Shown piece by piece: positions 1 through 10,582 of a stretch of DNA of 64,000 nt. Below the pieces are notes generated by a model. That model did no database searches and was not told where the DNA came from. It was given only the letters and a program-made list of their open reading frames with translations. Within the stretch, counting starts at the first letter, position 1. The number at the start of each line of letters is the position of its first letter. Both the position numbers and the translations under genes were made by a program. The stretch is from a virus: IMG/VR virus record IMGVR_UViG_3300027712_000018; one strand, 5' to 3'.

Positions 1-133
1 TCAGAGGCACGGTCATCGTTTGGATGGTCGATCCAGAGTTGTCTTTACGGATGATCTGAATGTCATTAAACAACGTACCGAATACGGCCGTGTATCTGCG
101 GGTGGTTTCGTTATAAAAACTTGTGCCGAACAT
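1..133 (-). CDS. gp15: Tail sheath stabilizer/terminator gp15, N-terminal part (runs off window)
   Basis: Manual translation from ATG at 133: MFGTSFYNETTRRYTAVFGTLFNDIQIIRKD...TVPL, resembling the T4 gp15 N-terminus; TAATG overlap with the gp14 stop; gp13-14-15 synteny. Confidence 0.85.
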   Translation of the reverse strand, partial: MFGTSFYNETTRRYTAVFGTLFNDIQIIRKDNSGSTIQTMTVPL

Positions 134-792
134 TAGTAATTATCCTCTCCGAATGGGTTGGTTTCGGTGAAGTCTAGGATACCATCAGCAGCAGTTTCGA
201 TAGTGAAGTTGTCAGCGATAGAGTCGAACGATTCGACATTGGCGATAGCTTCAGATGATGTAAGAACGTATTTGGTAAGAAGAGTATCAATCTCTTCTAC
301 ACCAGTGTTGAAACGTTCTTGCGAGTATTCGAAGAGTTCGCAACGTAGATCGTAGGTCTGTAACTTACCCATTTGATAGAAGATGGCTTCGTGTTCGACA
401 AACTTGACTTCAAAGATCTTGCGATTAAGTGGGAAGTATATTAAGTCACCTTCGTTAGGTCTAACTTCTAAGTCATATAGACCGACATCTTCTGCAAACT
501 TTCTCATAGCGATAGTCAGCGTCATGGTGTCATTGATCTGCAGACCAAACTTAGATAGGAAATCACCATCACCACCAAAGGCATCAACATTCTTGATGTA
601 AGCTTCGATCATATATGCCGACTTGAATGTAGATAGATCGTCTTCGTTTAACAGTTCATCTTTCGATACTATTGTTCTTGGAATATACCACACATCAAAA
701 CCGTATATACGAATTGATTCTATGATAAGATCCTCAATAAGGTTCTGTTCCATAGAGTTTGAAAACGTATTAAAATAGAAATTGGTTGCCAT
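133..792 (-). CDS. gp14: Neck protein gp14
   Basis: EQNLIEDLIIESIRIYG..YIPR, FLSKFGL, PNEGDLIYFP and C-terminal DFTETNPFG motifs; synteny. Confidence 0.9.
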   Translation of the reverse strand: MATNFYFNTFSNSMEQNLIEDLIIESIRIYGFDVWYIPRTIVSKDELLNEDDLSTFKSAYMIEAYIKNVDAFGGDGDFLSKFGLQINDTMTLTIAMRKFAEDVGLYDLEVRPNEGDLIYFPLNRKIFEVKFVEHEAIFYQMGKLQTYDLRCELFEYSQERFNTGVEEIDTLLTKYVLTSSEAIANVESFDSIADNFTIETAADGILDFTETNPFGEDNY

Positions 793-1400
793 TAAACTTT
801 CCTAACCGACCCATCTGGTTGCACGTGATAGGCCTCAAAACTAATATCGGGATATTGCTTTTCTAATGATTTGAACATTGTGATGTTGGATATCGCATCA
901 TCAAAGAATCTCACTCGAGCATACTTACCACCACGAAGATACTTATGGAACAAGAATCTCTTATTTTTTGCACTAGAATTCTTGTCTCCTAGATTGCCAG
1001 CACGTTCGACATATACATTACTAATGTCCATACCGTGATCTTTGAATGTTTTTAAGAATGTTTCTTTGTCGTCAAAATCAGCTCTGGCAGTCATGATGAT
1101 TACCTTAGAACCAGCCTTATTAGCGTTTGCAATGATGGCATTCGCTTTGGCGATCATCTTGGTAATCGGTTTAGAGGTCTTTCTGAAATTCTCTGCATTC
1201 TTAAATTGGCCAAAGTCGAATGTCTCACCGTCTTTAAGTTTGTATGTGTTAAACTCTTGGTTGGTCAATTCGCCGACTTCTTTACCGTCCTTCATGATTT
1301 TAATCATGGCGAACGTATGAAACAGAGTATCATCAATATCAAATACCGTTAATCCGATTCCCTCTTTGGATTCTATGATAAACGATCTAAATGACTTCAC
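792..1400 (-). CDS. HAD-superfamily phosphatase with putative capsid-targeting N-terminus
   Basis: VFDIDDTLF (HAD motif I), IMTAR (motif II), FFDD (motif IV); starts (GTG) MKSFRSFIIE. Confidence 0.75.
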   Translation of the reverse strand: MKSFRSFIIESKEGIGLTVFDIDDTLFHTFAMIKIMKDGKEVGELTNQEFNTYKLKDGETFDFGQFKNAENFRKTSKPITKMIAKANAIIANANKAGSKVIIMTARADFDDKETFLKTFKDHGMDISNVYVERAGNLGDKNSSAKNKRFLFHKYLRGGKYARVRFFDDAISNITMFKSLEKQYPDISFEAYHVQPDGSVRKV

Positions 1401-1404
1401 TGTC

Positions 1405-2148
1405 TTATCCGATCAAGTCAAAGATTGGCAGGCTGAAGCTGGAAATCATCTCTTCTTCCATCTTACGTAATTCGGCTTCCGCATCACTAAGGATCTTCTC
1501 ACCGTTGAATCTGACACCACCAGGAAGTTGCATATCAGAGAACTTCGTTAGGTTAGAACCCCATTGATACTTGATCTTTTGAGTGGCATAATTCTGAAGC
1601 CAACGGTCTTTCCAAACATCTGCATATGTGCTAGGATCAACGACTTGATAGGCCTCTACAATGATGTAGTTGCCTGTTGTGATCTTGTCCCAATTGGTGT
1701 CAATGTAAAGCTTATTGACATTACGGTTGTAACGAATCGGTTGACTTCCGACCAACATCTTTTCCATGAACTGGATGTGTTCCATCGCCTGCCAGAAGTG
1801 GGCAGTTTCAAAGTTAACCAGTTCATAAAGGTTGTTTAGAACGAACTGATACTGAACGTTGAACATACCAGAACCAGTTGCAAGACTTGACGACAAGTCA
1901 AAGATGTTAACCACTCCAATGATATTTTCGGGAATGGTAATATATCCGTTGATTTTGTCTTGGTCTGTGACCGCATACTTGTAGTAAATCTTTTCAGTAC
2001 CATCAAAGTGATAGTCCCAATAATAGGCAAGTGCCTCGTCAATACGATCATCAACTTGGTCTTGGTCTACGTTAATTTCAATGACTGGCTTGCCCAGTTT
2101 ACGAAGGCACCATTCTTTAAATGAATTTCTGTCGGTTGGTTGAGCCAT
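1405..2148 (-). CDS. gp13: Neck protein gp13
   Basis: CLRKLGKPVIEINVDQDQVDDRIDEAL..YHFDG and QWGSNLTKF..QLPGGV motifs. Confidence 0.92.
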   Translation of the reverse strand: MAQPTDRNSFKEWCLRKLGKPVIEINVDQDQVDDRIDEALAYYWDYHFDGTEKIYYKYAVTDQDKINGYITIPENIIGVVNIFDLSSSLATGSGMFNVQYQFVLNNLYELVNFETAHFWQAMEHIQFMEKMLVGSQPIRYNRNVNKLYIDTNWDKITTGNYIIVEAYQVVDPSTYADVWKDRWLQNYATQKIKYQWGSNLTKFSDMQLPGGVRFNGEKILSDAEAELRKMEEEMISSFSLPIFDLIG

Positions 2149-2168
2149 TTGATTCTCCTGCTTTTAGG

Positions 2169-2176
2169 TATTTATA
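2169..2176 (-). promoter_or_regulatory. T4-type late promoter TATAAATA
   Basis: Exact TATAAATA in the intergenic gap 20 nt upstream of gp13. Confidence 0.85.
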
Positions 2177-2187
2177 GATGAAGGATA

Positions 2188-4470
2188 TTAACCCAATCTG
2201 TAGAGGATGTATGTGCTAGCAGCAGTTCTTCTAAGTCTGTATTGAGCAGTTGTGTTAATTGCCACGGTAAGCGAACCAAATCCGTTTGTGATACCCGTGT
2301 TGACCGCCACAGTAACCGCAGCTGCGGATGTACCAGTGTTGATGATGTAAAAGTCGAATCCGATGTTAGTTGTTGGGGCTTGTGCAAAGAAGGTGTCGAG
2401 TGCGGTTGCTAAAGGAAGGGTAAACGTGACTGCAGTAGTAATTCCAGATGCAACAGTAAACAATTGACCCTGAAGTTGGGCAGCAGTAATAGCGTTTGCA
2501 CCAGCTGCTAATGCGGTTGGGGTTGGAGTGTATTGCCAGAAGTTACCAGATTCAATATACATATTACCAGAAACGTCAACACGGGTTTTTTCAGCAAACG
2601 ATATTGCGGCACCGGCAGTACCAGAAGCGGCAGTTAAAGTATTAACAGAACCGTTAATGTTTACTTGGATAAACGAACTAGCTGCGGTTGTTTTGTAGAT
2701 CCAACCACCAGCTCCACTCCAATAGGCATTATTGAGAAAATTGGTATTACCACCAGCCCCAGCAGTATCTTGTGCAATTGCTCCTGTAACACCCAAATCT
2801 ATTGCACCGGCGGTATTAGCCCAAGCATAGACCGTTCCAAGCCCAACCGCAATGTTATTAGCCGTCGAATGGACTCTCAATCGTTCAACACTGTTGGTAT
2901 TAAGTCTAAATGCGTTTGCGCCAGCAACGTCAATTTGCGCTAAACCACTCGTTGGTGCATCAATAGATAATGTGCCACCCGTTACGGCAGTGCTGTTAAT
3001 GATACCAAGTGTTGCAGATGTTCCAGAAATTTCTAGGAATCTGGATGGTGTGGTAAGACCAATACCGACACGGCCGTTAGTCGCATCAATAGCCAACGTG
3101 TTTGTGTTAAAGGTCGTGTTTCCAGTGAATGCAGGAGCCGCAGACAACACCACCGATCCTGTACCAGTTGAAGTGGCCACACCAGTTCCGCCGTTACTTA
3201 CAGGAAGAACGCCAGTGACGTGTGTCGTCAATCCGACTTTACCGTATGATGGAGCCACGCCGACACCACCTGAGATGATCACGTTACCCGTAGCAACATC
3301 AGCCAATGACGACAAAACGCCTGTCGCTGAAGCATACAGAATATCACCAACTGCATACGAACCGATATTTGTCCCACCGTTTGCTACAGGAAGAATGCCC
3401 GAAACGTCTGCGGTTAGGCTGACTGCGCCAAAAGTTGGAGCACCAGCGGCATTGCCGTGTAGAACCGTAGTTGACGTTCCTGCGGCAGTTGTTGCCATAG
3501 CGGTTGTCGTACTACCATAAACTACACCGTATTGCGTCAACGCCGATGCTTGACCAGTACCACCACCAGTGACAGGAAGTGTTCCCCATGCAGGAGAAGC
3601 GGCAGAGCCAGCCGATACGATGGTCTGACCAGACGAACCGTAGTTTGCACCACCGATACCGATTTGACCGGCAGAATCAATGCGAAGACGTTCAGAAGCA
3701 GCTATAGTCGATCCCGCAACACCGTTTGCTGCACCGGTCCAAAATGTAAGCACACCGCTGGAGTTTCTTATAGCCCAACCGCCTTGACTCGCTACACTAT
3801 TTTTCCAAGCAGTATCGTAGTATAGACCACCACCAAAATAACCACCGTTATTAGAGATGACCGGATCCTTTGTGTTAACAAATGTTGTCGTGCCAGTCAA
3901 TGGCAAAACCGTCCCGATACCAACGTTACCAGAGGCGTCAATAAACAGACGATTGGTGGCTGAAGTTTGAAACCCTATAGATCCAGCATCTTGAGCTTGA
4001 AGGTACAAACCACCCGTACCTCTATGTATTATAAGACTATTAGTATTTGCTCCAGTGTTGCTACGGATGATTCGCAGGCCATAGTCTGTGTAAGTGGCGT
4101 CACCAACTAAGTCTAAAAACGAATTACCATTTCCCGTTCTTCCAGTACCAATCTCAATATTCCGAGCTTCCGTAGTTGCTGCTGGAAGATTGATATTACC
4201 ATTTACGGATAAAGTTGCAGTAGGAGAAGTCGTCCCAATGCCAACGTTTGATGGAATGGTGACAACGCCCGTTCCACTTGGCGTCAGTGTGATGTTTTGG
4301 TTAGTACCACCAGCACTTAAACTGATTGCAGCATTGGCATTGAACGTACCTACAACTGGTTCTGTAGCTTTAAAAGAACGCCACTTAACGCCATCGTAGA
4401 TGTATTCAAGACCAGTTGGGCCTGCAAATGTATCATTCGTTGCTGGTGAATTAGGAAAGTTAATTGCCAT
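2188..4470 (-). CDS. Tail fibre-like virion protein
   Basis: Gly/Thr/Ala-rich; repeated GNVGIGT/ERLRI and LPVxxGGTG fibre motifs; N-terminal MAINFPNSP...YIYDGVKW module. Confidence 0.75.
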   Translation of the reverse strand: MAINFPNSPATNDTFAGPTGLEYIYDGVKWRSFKATEPVVGTFNANAAISLSAGGTNQNITLTPSGTGVVTIPSNVGIGTTSPTATLSVNGNINLPAATTEARNIEIGTGRTGNGNSFLDLVGDATYTDYGLRIIRSNTGANTNSLIIHRGTGGLYLQAQDAGSIGFQTSATNRLFIDASGNVGIGTVLPLTGTTTFVNTKDPVISNNGGYFGGGLYYDTAWKNSVASQGGWAIRNSSGVLTFWTGAANGVAGSTIAASERLRIDSAGQIGIGGANYGSSGQTIVSAGSAASPAWGTLPVTGGGTGQASALTQYGVVYGSTTTAMATTAAGTSTTVLHGNAAGAPTFGAVSLTADVSGILPVANGGTNIGSYAVGDILYASATGVLSSLADVATGNVIISGGVGVAPSYGKVGLTTHVTGVLPVSNGGTGVATSTGTGSVVLSAAPAFTGNTTFNTNTLAIDATNGRVGIGLTTPSRFLEISGTSATLGIINSTAVTGGTLSIDAPTSGLAQIDVAGANAFRLNTNSVERLRVHSTANNIAVGLGTVYAWANTAGAIDLGVTGAIAQDTAGAGGNTNFLNNAYWSGAGGWIYKTTAASSFIQVNINGSVNTLTAASGTAGAAISFAEKTRVDVSGNMYIESGNFWQYTPTPTALAAGANAITAAQLQGQLFTVASGITTAVTFTLPLATALDTFFAQAPTTNIGFDFYIINTGTSAAAVTVAVNTGITNGFGSLTVAINTTAQYRLRRTAASTYILYRLG

Positions 4471-4480
4471 GTATTATTCC

Positions 4481-6844
4481 TTATACGAATGTGCCGGTTG
4501 TAGTACTTATCTTCTTTACTTTGTAGTACGAACCCACCAAAGGAGTTACTGTACCACCCCCAGCTGCGCCTGTCCCGCTAGTTATCTGCAGTCTCCAATT
4601 TGTTGCAGCATTTGTTTGTACTAACATAGTCATTTGGACGTTATGGTTGACTGCTGTTGTCAGTGAAGCAGTTGCAGCAAATGCCGCAGTTGTAGCGGCC
4701 TGAGATCCAGACACACCCGATGTGCCTGTTGAAATGGTCGCTTGTCCAATACCAGTTACGGGTGATCCGATAAACCATCCTTGCATACGAGTTGGCGCAG
4801 ATGATGCAGTCATAGTCCAAGTAACCGTATTAGCGGTAGTTTTTAGAAATGCGGCATATGCTACAATTTCATATGTTGAAGACGCTTCCAACGATATTGA
4901 TGAAGTGGCACCAAAGAAGTCAGCAATTGCAGGACCGATTGCGGTGGGGGTGCCTGTTAGTAGGAACGTCTGTTCACCGACGATTGCACCAGCACCAGAT
5001 GTGGCGTTCAATTGAGTTATTGCACCAGCGGAAGATATGCGGAGACGTTCTGACCCGGCAGTGTTAAACGATAACAAGCTATTTCCAAAAACAATCTCTT
5101 CTTGAACCCCCGATGAGGCATCTGTTTGGTCAACACTTCTGCGGATACGATAAGATGAAGTCCCCCAATCCCCCGAGCTAGAACCTGCGGAATCTCTGAC
5201 GTTGACTATTCGTAAGCCATCGTTACTAGCCGAGCGTGTATCGGCAAAATATGCCATATTGACAAAATCACCAGCAGTTAACCCAACCACTGGGGTTTGG
5301 GAAATAAATCCATACGCAGTGCTTGATGTAGTTGTAACATACGCTTTAGATAGCCCCGAACTCGTGCCAATCCCCACATTGCCAGCGGATGTGATACGCA
5401 TAGCTTCAGTACCATAAGGTACGTTTGCGGCATCTATTGCATATCCCGTACTACCAGTGCGGAATGATAGTCCCGTTGCCATTGCGGTTGCGGAAGTAAA
5501 CGACCCTTCCGCAATACCAATAATACTGGCTGGATAAAGCTGTTTTGCTTGTTGATATGTAGTGTCGGTTCCCCACTGACCACCAAAAGCATAGATGCCA
5601 AGATAAGCATTTGATGCAATAGCTGTACCATCTGCACGACGATATGAAGCAGCAAAACGACCACCAAAAGATACGTTGCCATCGTTCCTTGCACCAAAAC
5701 TTTCTATAAAGTTTACGTTTGAAAGTTGTGTGCTAGTATATGAACCAGAAGTTATAGAAGTTGTGGCAAAGGTTGCGGGGTTTTGTACCGTAAAGTTAAG
5801 CGTTGCTAAACCAGCAGGCGAACTCGTCCCAATCCCCACGTTGCCGGAGGCGTCCAGCGTCATCGCTTGAGTGAAAGGGATAGCGCTCCCCGCTGTACCA
5901 CTTGGGGCGTTGAACCAAGCATGATAGCCTGTAGATTGCTCATATCGAGTTGCTGCTGCTGTGCTTTTGTAAATCCAGTTAGTTCCGTCATAGTAAGTGT
6001 TTCCAAAAACACGCATAGCGCCAATTGTAGACGCTACAGAGCCATAAGTGTTTATATCAAGAGCCTTGAATGTGGGCCCCCAAGCACTTGGCGTAACGCC
6101 AATCCCCACGTTGCCAGAGGCGTCAATACGCATCCGTTCTGTAGCAGCGTTAAGGCTACTACCAGTTGTTCCCGCTAAAGATGTACTAAATATAATAGAA
6201 CCACCAGCACCCGTGCCAGTGCCACGACCACCTTGGATGGTCAAACTTGCGCCAGCAATATCAGTGCCAGAACCATTTGTGGTCCGTAAAGTGCTAGAAA
6301 TTGGACTTGCAGCCGTATCACCGTTGCCAATAACCAAGTTACCACCAAGCGTGATACGCATACGCTCAGAACCGCTTACTGCCCAAGACAGATCACCAGA
6401 GGCTCCATTATTTCTGTTTTGCCAAGAATAACTTCCATTTTGTAGAATTAAAAAAGGGATGCCAGCAGCATCAGAAGATATAGCATAAAACGCAGGGTTT
6501 CCCGTTCCAGTTACTGCAATAGACTTAGTGACACCAGAAGCTTCTAACGTATATGCAGGGCCACTAGTACCTATACCAACGTTGCCGTTAGCGACAAAGT
6601 ACGTTCCTGTACCGATAGTCAAAGTGTTTGCGCCTAAAATGTTTGACCACGTTCTATCACCAAGAAGAATGTATGACGAGTTTGCTGTACCAGTACCCAA
6701 TACAGCAGTCGTTACAATCTCAGCCTTTACGTTTGCTAATGTCTTTGGTCGAATGAAACCATCACCAGCGGTCTCCACATAGTAGTGTGAAGCCGCCGTT
6801 CCAGTGTCGGGTGTTGCCAGAAATGTGCTAAGTTTGGTTGCCAT
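4481..6844 (-). CDS. Tail fibre-like virion protein
   Basis: Multiple ERMRI-x-GNVGIGT repeats typical of phage fibres. Confidence 0.75.
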   Translation of the reverse strand: MATKLSTFLATPDTGTAASHYYVETAGDGFIRPKTLANVKAEIVTTAVLGTGTANSSYILLGDRTWSNILGANTLTIGTGTYFVANGNVGIGTSGPAYTLEASGVTKSIAVTGTGNPAFYAISSDAAGIPFLILQNGSYSWQNRNNGASGDLSWAVSGSERMRITLGGNLVIGNGDTAASPISSTLRTTNGSGTDIAGASLTIQGGRGTGTGAGGSIIFSTSLAGTTGSSLNAATERMRIDASGNVGIGVTPSAWGPTFKALDINTYGSVASTIGAMRVFGNTYYDGTNWIYKSTAAATRYEQSTGYHAWFNAPSGTAGSAIPFTQAMTLDASGNVGIGTSSPAGLATLNFTVQNPATFATTSITSGSYTSTQLSNVNFIESFGARNDGNVSFGGRFAASYRRADGTAIASNAYLGIYAFGGQWGTDTTYQQAKQLYPASIIGIAEGSFTSATAMATGLSFRTGSTGYAIDAANVPYGTEAMRITSAGNVGIGTSSGLSKAYVTTTSSTAYGFISQTPVVGLTAGDFVNMAYFADTRSASNDGLRIVNVRDSAGSSSGDWGTSSYRIRRSVDQTDASSGVQEEIVFGNSLLSFNTAGSERLRISSAGAITQLNATSGAGAIVGEQTFLLTGTPTAIGPAIADFFGATSSISLEASSTYEIVAYAAFLKTTANTVTWTMTASSAPTRMQGWFIGSPVTGIGQATISTGTSGVSGSQAATTAAFAATASLTTAVNHNVQMTMLVQTNAATNWRLQITSGTGAAGGGTVTPLVGSYYKVKKISTTTGTFV

Positions 6845-6854
6845 GTTTTATCCC

Positions 6855-9776
6855 TTATGCCTGAGCTTCTGACCAACGAAGAAGGACGTGACCAGCTGCC
6901 GTGCCATTAGTCAAACGAACATTGATTGCTAAGATGTCCGATCCGTCTGGATACTTAAAGTCGCCACCAAGAGGCGCACCCGTAAGTTCTTTCAGCTGAT
7001 CTAGGTCAAGTCTGTCGTTCACAGCACCGTTTTGGGTTGTTGGTGCAGCAAAAGCGAACACCTGTTCTCCAGGAATCGCAAACGTTGTAGCACCTGACCA
7101 AGTTATAGATTGTGCAATCTGAGCGAGACTTGGCTGGCCACCCGCAGATTCGATATTTAGTGGGTTCCAAGTGGCACTAACAAAGTTCTTTGGATTCAAC
7201 ACACCTTCAACGATAACAGCACCGACACCACCGACTGCACCGCCTGAAATAGCAATAGCAACGGCTTGAAGTAGGAGTTGTGATCTGTTAAGAAGATCCT
7301 TTGCACCCAACGCACCGACTTGGCTGTTGGATACCGATGGAGCGAGACGAATTGCGAATGCGGTTTGTGTTGTGGTGTTAGCCGACACACCGACCCTTTG
7401 ATAGTTGAAGATGTAACCACGGTCGTTATCAAATCCACCATCCATAATTAGAGCAGAACCCCAATGGCTTAGTGTAGGCGAACAAGTGTTGCCGATAGAA
7501 ATTACTCCGACACCCAAAGCATGAGTTGCAGCAGCACCGGCAGTAAACGTTTGGGAAGAACCCATCTGCCATTGAGTTAACGATGCCGCCCGTGTGCAAC
7601 CAGTAAAGTTACCAGCGCCATTAGTTGCAGAACGACCGGTATAACTGATCATCTCATTGTCAATATACAATGTGCCTTTATCGGGGAAGTATGAAAGATC
7701 GTCAACACCAATAGTTGTTTGACTGCTCGTAATAGCACTAGTTAGTCGTGTAACAGGAGCATCGTTTTCAATTGAATAACGAACAGGAAGGTTACCTGAA
7801 CGCATGTAGGCTTCATTATTGATGTTGTTATTTTTCATACGATGGACGAATACCCAATTACCATCAGATCCACGAACCATGAAGTCGACGAAACCAGCAC
7901 CATACCAAGAGTACTGAAGACCGACCATCTGCATCTTATTAAGGTTGATGTTATATCCACTGTCACCTGTGCCGTCAATCATATCAATGTTGAATTGTGA
8001 CTGTGGAACTCTCACCTCGTTAACGATAGAGGCTTTAACACCAGAAGACGTGACACCACGATAGTCAGGCGTAACGGTCAACGATGTATCCGATACAACA
8101 CTACTGACCAAGTGAGTCATGCCACGAATAACGATTCTATCACCAGATTTTAACTGTTGGGTAAATCGAGTGTTTGATCCAGTTATAGCACTTGAGTTTA
8201 GGGTAGCGCTGACAGTACCGCTTACTTGTGTTGTAGCATTTCTTCTTACAACAGATAAGATGTTACCGTCAAACTCAAAAAACACGCCGTTTTGGTCATC
8301 AAACATACCAGCACGAACAGCCGATCCATCCCAACTCTTGACATAGATAGTCGCCTGTTGATCTAGAACTGGTGTGGCCGATCCCAATACGCTAGTTGCA
8401 AGAACTGTAAACTGATAGTCGGTCGTGATTGAAGCCACCGTATAGGTGCCGTTGTAACCAGATGTTGTAATACCGGCAAGTTCGATATTGGCACCAATTT
8501 GCAGACCGTGGTCAATGTCGTCCGTAGTGACTGTGATAGTAGAACCGATAGTAGTTCCACTTGCTGACACTGATCTGATGTCATAGTTTGGTTTAAATAA
8601 AGTGCCTGTTGACCAAAGGAATCCTTTACCCGATTGGTATCTAAAATACTTTTTACTTTGACGAACGACCGAAGCGCCGTATGTTGGTGTCTTTGTTGCC
8701 AGAATAACACCACCATCAGTTGGCCTGTGAAGGATCGTAGCGTTAGCCATTGCATACAGAGTTACCGTTGCGGGGCTTGTTACAGCACCACCGGCACGAG
8801 CGGTGTATGTTAAAGAGTTTAGGGATGGAACGCTTTTGACGACAAACGGGCCAGAAGCCAACGCAAAGTTAGTACCTGATGCAACCGCAGAGTAAATCGC
8901 AGTTCCGGGAATTAGTCCATGCGGTGAAGTGAAGTTTAAAGTTATGACTGAGGGAGTTGCACCATCACTTGTCACCGACGATACGGCGATAGAAGCGTTC
9001 GTATAAAGGTCGCCTCTTTTAATGACGGTCACGTCAGTAAACAAACTTTCGCCGTTTGTGCTTCCGACAAGTCCCATCGCAAAATATCTTAGGGTTGTTG
9101 AGGATGGAGCGTCATACACAATGTATGTACCGTCTGCACGGCTGAACCCTAAGACGCCAGAGTTAAGACCCGACAGGTTAACGACTTGTCCAGCCACGAT
9201 ACCATGAACGGCACTCGTCGTTACAGTGATCAAACTGTTAGTGGTGCTAGTCGTGTTATAGTCGGTCGTCATCGCAGTAACGGTAAGGTCAACACCGGGA
9301 AGTTCATATGAAGACGGATACCCACGAACGATGCCGAATCCTGCCCATTTTGTAGGCTGCAGACCGTATTCGAAGTCGGCGTCGATAAGTGATTGCGGAG
9401 TAGCTACACGCATTCTTTCGATAGCGTCAGTGCCGAAGTCCCACGGTTTAATTCGTTGATGCTTTCTAGAATCTTCTACGAAGATCTGAAGTCTGTCACC
9501 AGAACTTTGTGAGGCTGTACTTACGGCCAAAGTGATTGTGGTATAGCCATCTTCACGTTGACTGATTGTTGGGAAATAAGTAGATTCGTTTCCAGTAGTA
9601 AATACTGCAGTGGTTCCAGCATACTGTGCGTCTGCAAAACTATACACTACAATGTTTTTAGAGACGTTGGTGATCAGTAGTATTTTTTCTAGATCGTAAT
9701 ATCCCGGAATCTTAATGGTTCCTGCACCAGCACCAGCGGGTGCAAAAACATAATCTGCTATTAGTTTCTTTGACAT
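6855..9776 (-). CDS. Virion structural protein (fibre/baseplate-associated)
   Basis: 973-aa ORF in the late operon; LIDADFEYGLQPTKW and RQSKKYFRYQSGKG motifs of T4-like virion proteins; beta-rich repeats. Confidence 0.65.
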   Translation of the reverse strand: MSKKLIADYVFAPAGAGAGTIKIPGYYDLEKILLITNVSKNIVVYSFADAQYAGTTAVFTTGNESTYFPTISQREDGYTTITLAVSTASQSSGDRLQIFVEDSRKHQRIKPWDFGTDAIERMRVATPQSLIDADFEYGLQPTKWAGFGIVRGYPSSYELPGVDLTVTAMTTDYNTTSTTNSLITVTTSAVHGIVAGQVVNLSGLNSGVLGFSRADGTYIVYDAPSSTTLRYFAMGLVGSTNGESLFTDVTVIKRGDLYTNASIAVSSVTSDGATPSVITLNFTSPHGLIPGTAIYSAVASGTNFALASGPFVVKSVPSLNSLTYTARAGGAVTSPATVTLYAMANATILHRPTDGGVILATKTPTYGASVVRQSKKYFRYQSGKGFLWSTGTLFKPNYDIRSVSASGTTIGSTITVTTDDIDHGLQIGANIELAGITTSGYNGTYTVASITTDYQFTVLATSVLGSATPVLDQQATIYVKSWDGSAVRAGMFDDQNGVFFEFDGNILSVVRRNATTQVSGTVSATLNSSAITGSNTRFTQQLKSGDRIVIRGMTHLVSSVVSDTSLTVTPDYRGVTSSGVKASIVNEVRVPQSQFNIDMIDGTGDSGYNINLNKMQMVGLQYSWYGAGFVDFMVRGSDGNWVFVHRMKNNNINNEAYMRSGNLPVRYSIENDAPVTRLTSAITSSQTTIGVDDLSYFPDKGTLYIDNEMISYTGRSATNGAGNFTGCTRAASLTQWQMGSSQTFTAGAAATHALGVGVISIGNTCSPTLSHWGSALIMDGGFDNDRGYIFNYQRVGVSANTTTQTAFAIRLAPSVSNSQVGALGAKDLLNRSQLLLQAVAIAISGGAVGGVGAVIVEGVLNPKNFVSATWNPLNIESAGGQPSLAQIAQSITWSGATTFAIPGEQVFAFAAPTTQNGAVNDRLDLDQLKELTGAPLGGDFKYPDGSDILAINVRLTNGTAAGHVLLRWSEAQA

Positions 9777-9787
9777 TGAATCCTCAT

Positions 9788-10582
9788 TTATCCTAGTGCA
9801 ATTGCAAGTGCTGCAGCAGTTCCGGCACTAATACCAGATGCGGCTTGGGCTGATTGGCCAAGTGACGAATAGATCTGCCACGTGCTGCCATTATATATGA
9901 ACTCTAATTTGATAGAAGAAATATCAATCGTAAAAGTTCCACTAATTGTTTCGATTGTTAATAATCCAGGATCAACTGTTAGGTTGTTTGTTCCCCAACT
10001 TGCGTTGTCGTAAAGGACAACGTTATCTCCAATTGCAGGAGATGCTGGAAGAGTGATCGTGAATGAACCACCTGTTGTGTCAGCAAGAATGTGATCACGA
10101 CTTGTGGCGGTATAGTTTGCAGTCTTTACACGATAAGCCGCATCTGTTTGGTTGGAGATGGCGCTAACCCACTGCGAACTGCTACCGTCATTATAATACA
10201 CGTTGAGAGAACCGTCAGTCGAATCGAACCATAGATCACCAGCTAAAGGTGAACTTGGTGCAGTATCCGAAATATTGGCAGTCGAATATGGAGTGGTCTT
10301 CCAATAGACACCAGATCCATTTGATGCCAAGATTTGGCCAGCAGAACCTACAGAACTGTTAGCAGTAATTGTACCAGTAATAACTGGCGATGTCAAAGTT
10401 TTGTTGGTAAGTGTTTGAGTATCCGTAGTAGTTGCTACGGTGACAATAGCTGGAGTACCCGGATCTTTTTTAAAGAATAATCGGCCATCGTATGTGTTGA
10501 GTGCTAACTCACCAAGTTGCAAGTCTGCGACTAATGGAACTTTGGATGCTGTAGCACTTCGCTTTAATTGAACAGTTGACAT
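9788..10582 (-). CDS. Short fibre/connector protein with gp37-like N-terminal KRS...GELALN domain
   Basis: QLKRSATASKVP...LGELALNTYDGRLFFK resembles the T4 long-fibre N-terminus; DTTGGSFTITLPASP module; ends AIALG. Confidence 0.7.
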   Translation of the reverse strand: MSTVQLKRSATASKVPLVADLQLGELALNTYDGRLFFKKDPGTPAIVTVATTTDTQTLTNKTLTSPVITGTITANSSVGSAGQILASNGSGVYWKTTPYSTANISDTAPSSPLAGDLWFDSTDGSLNVYYNDGSSSQWVSAISNQTDAAYRVKTANYTATSRDHILADTTGGSFTITLPASPAIGDNVVLYDNASWGTNNLTVDPGLLTIETISGTFTIDISSIKLEFIYNGSTWQIYSSLGQSAQAASGISAGTAAALAIALG

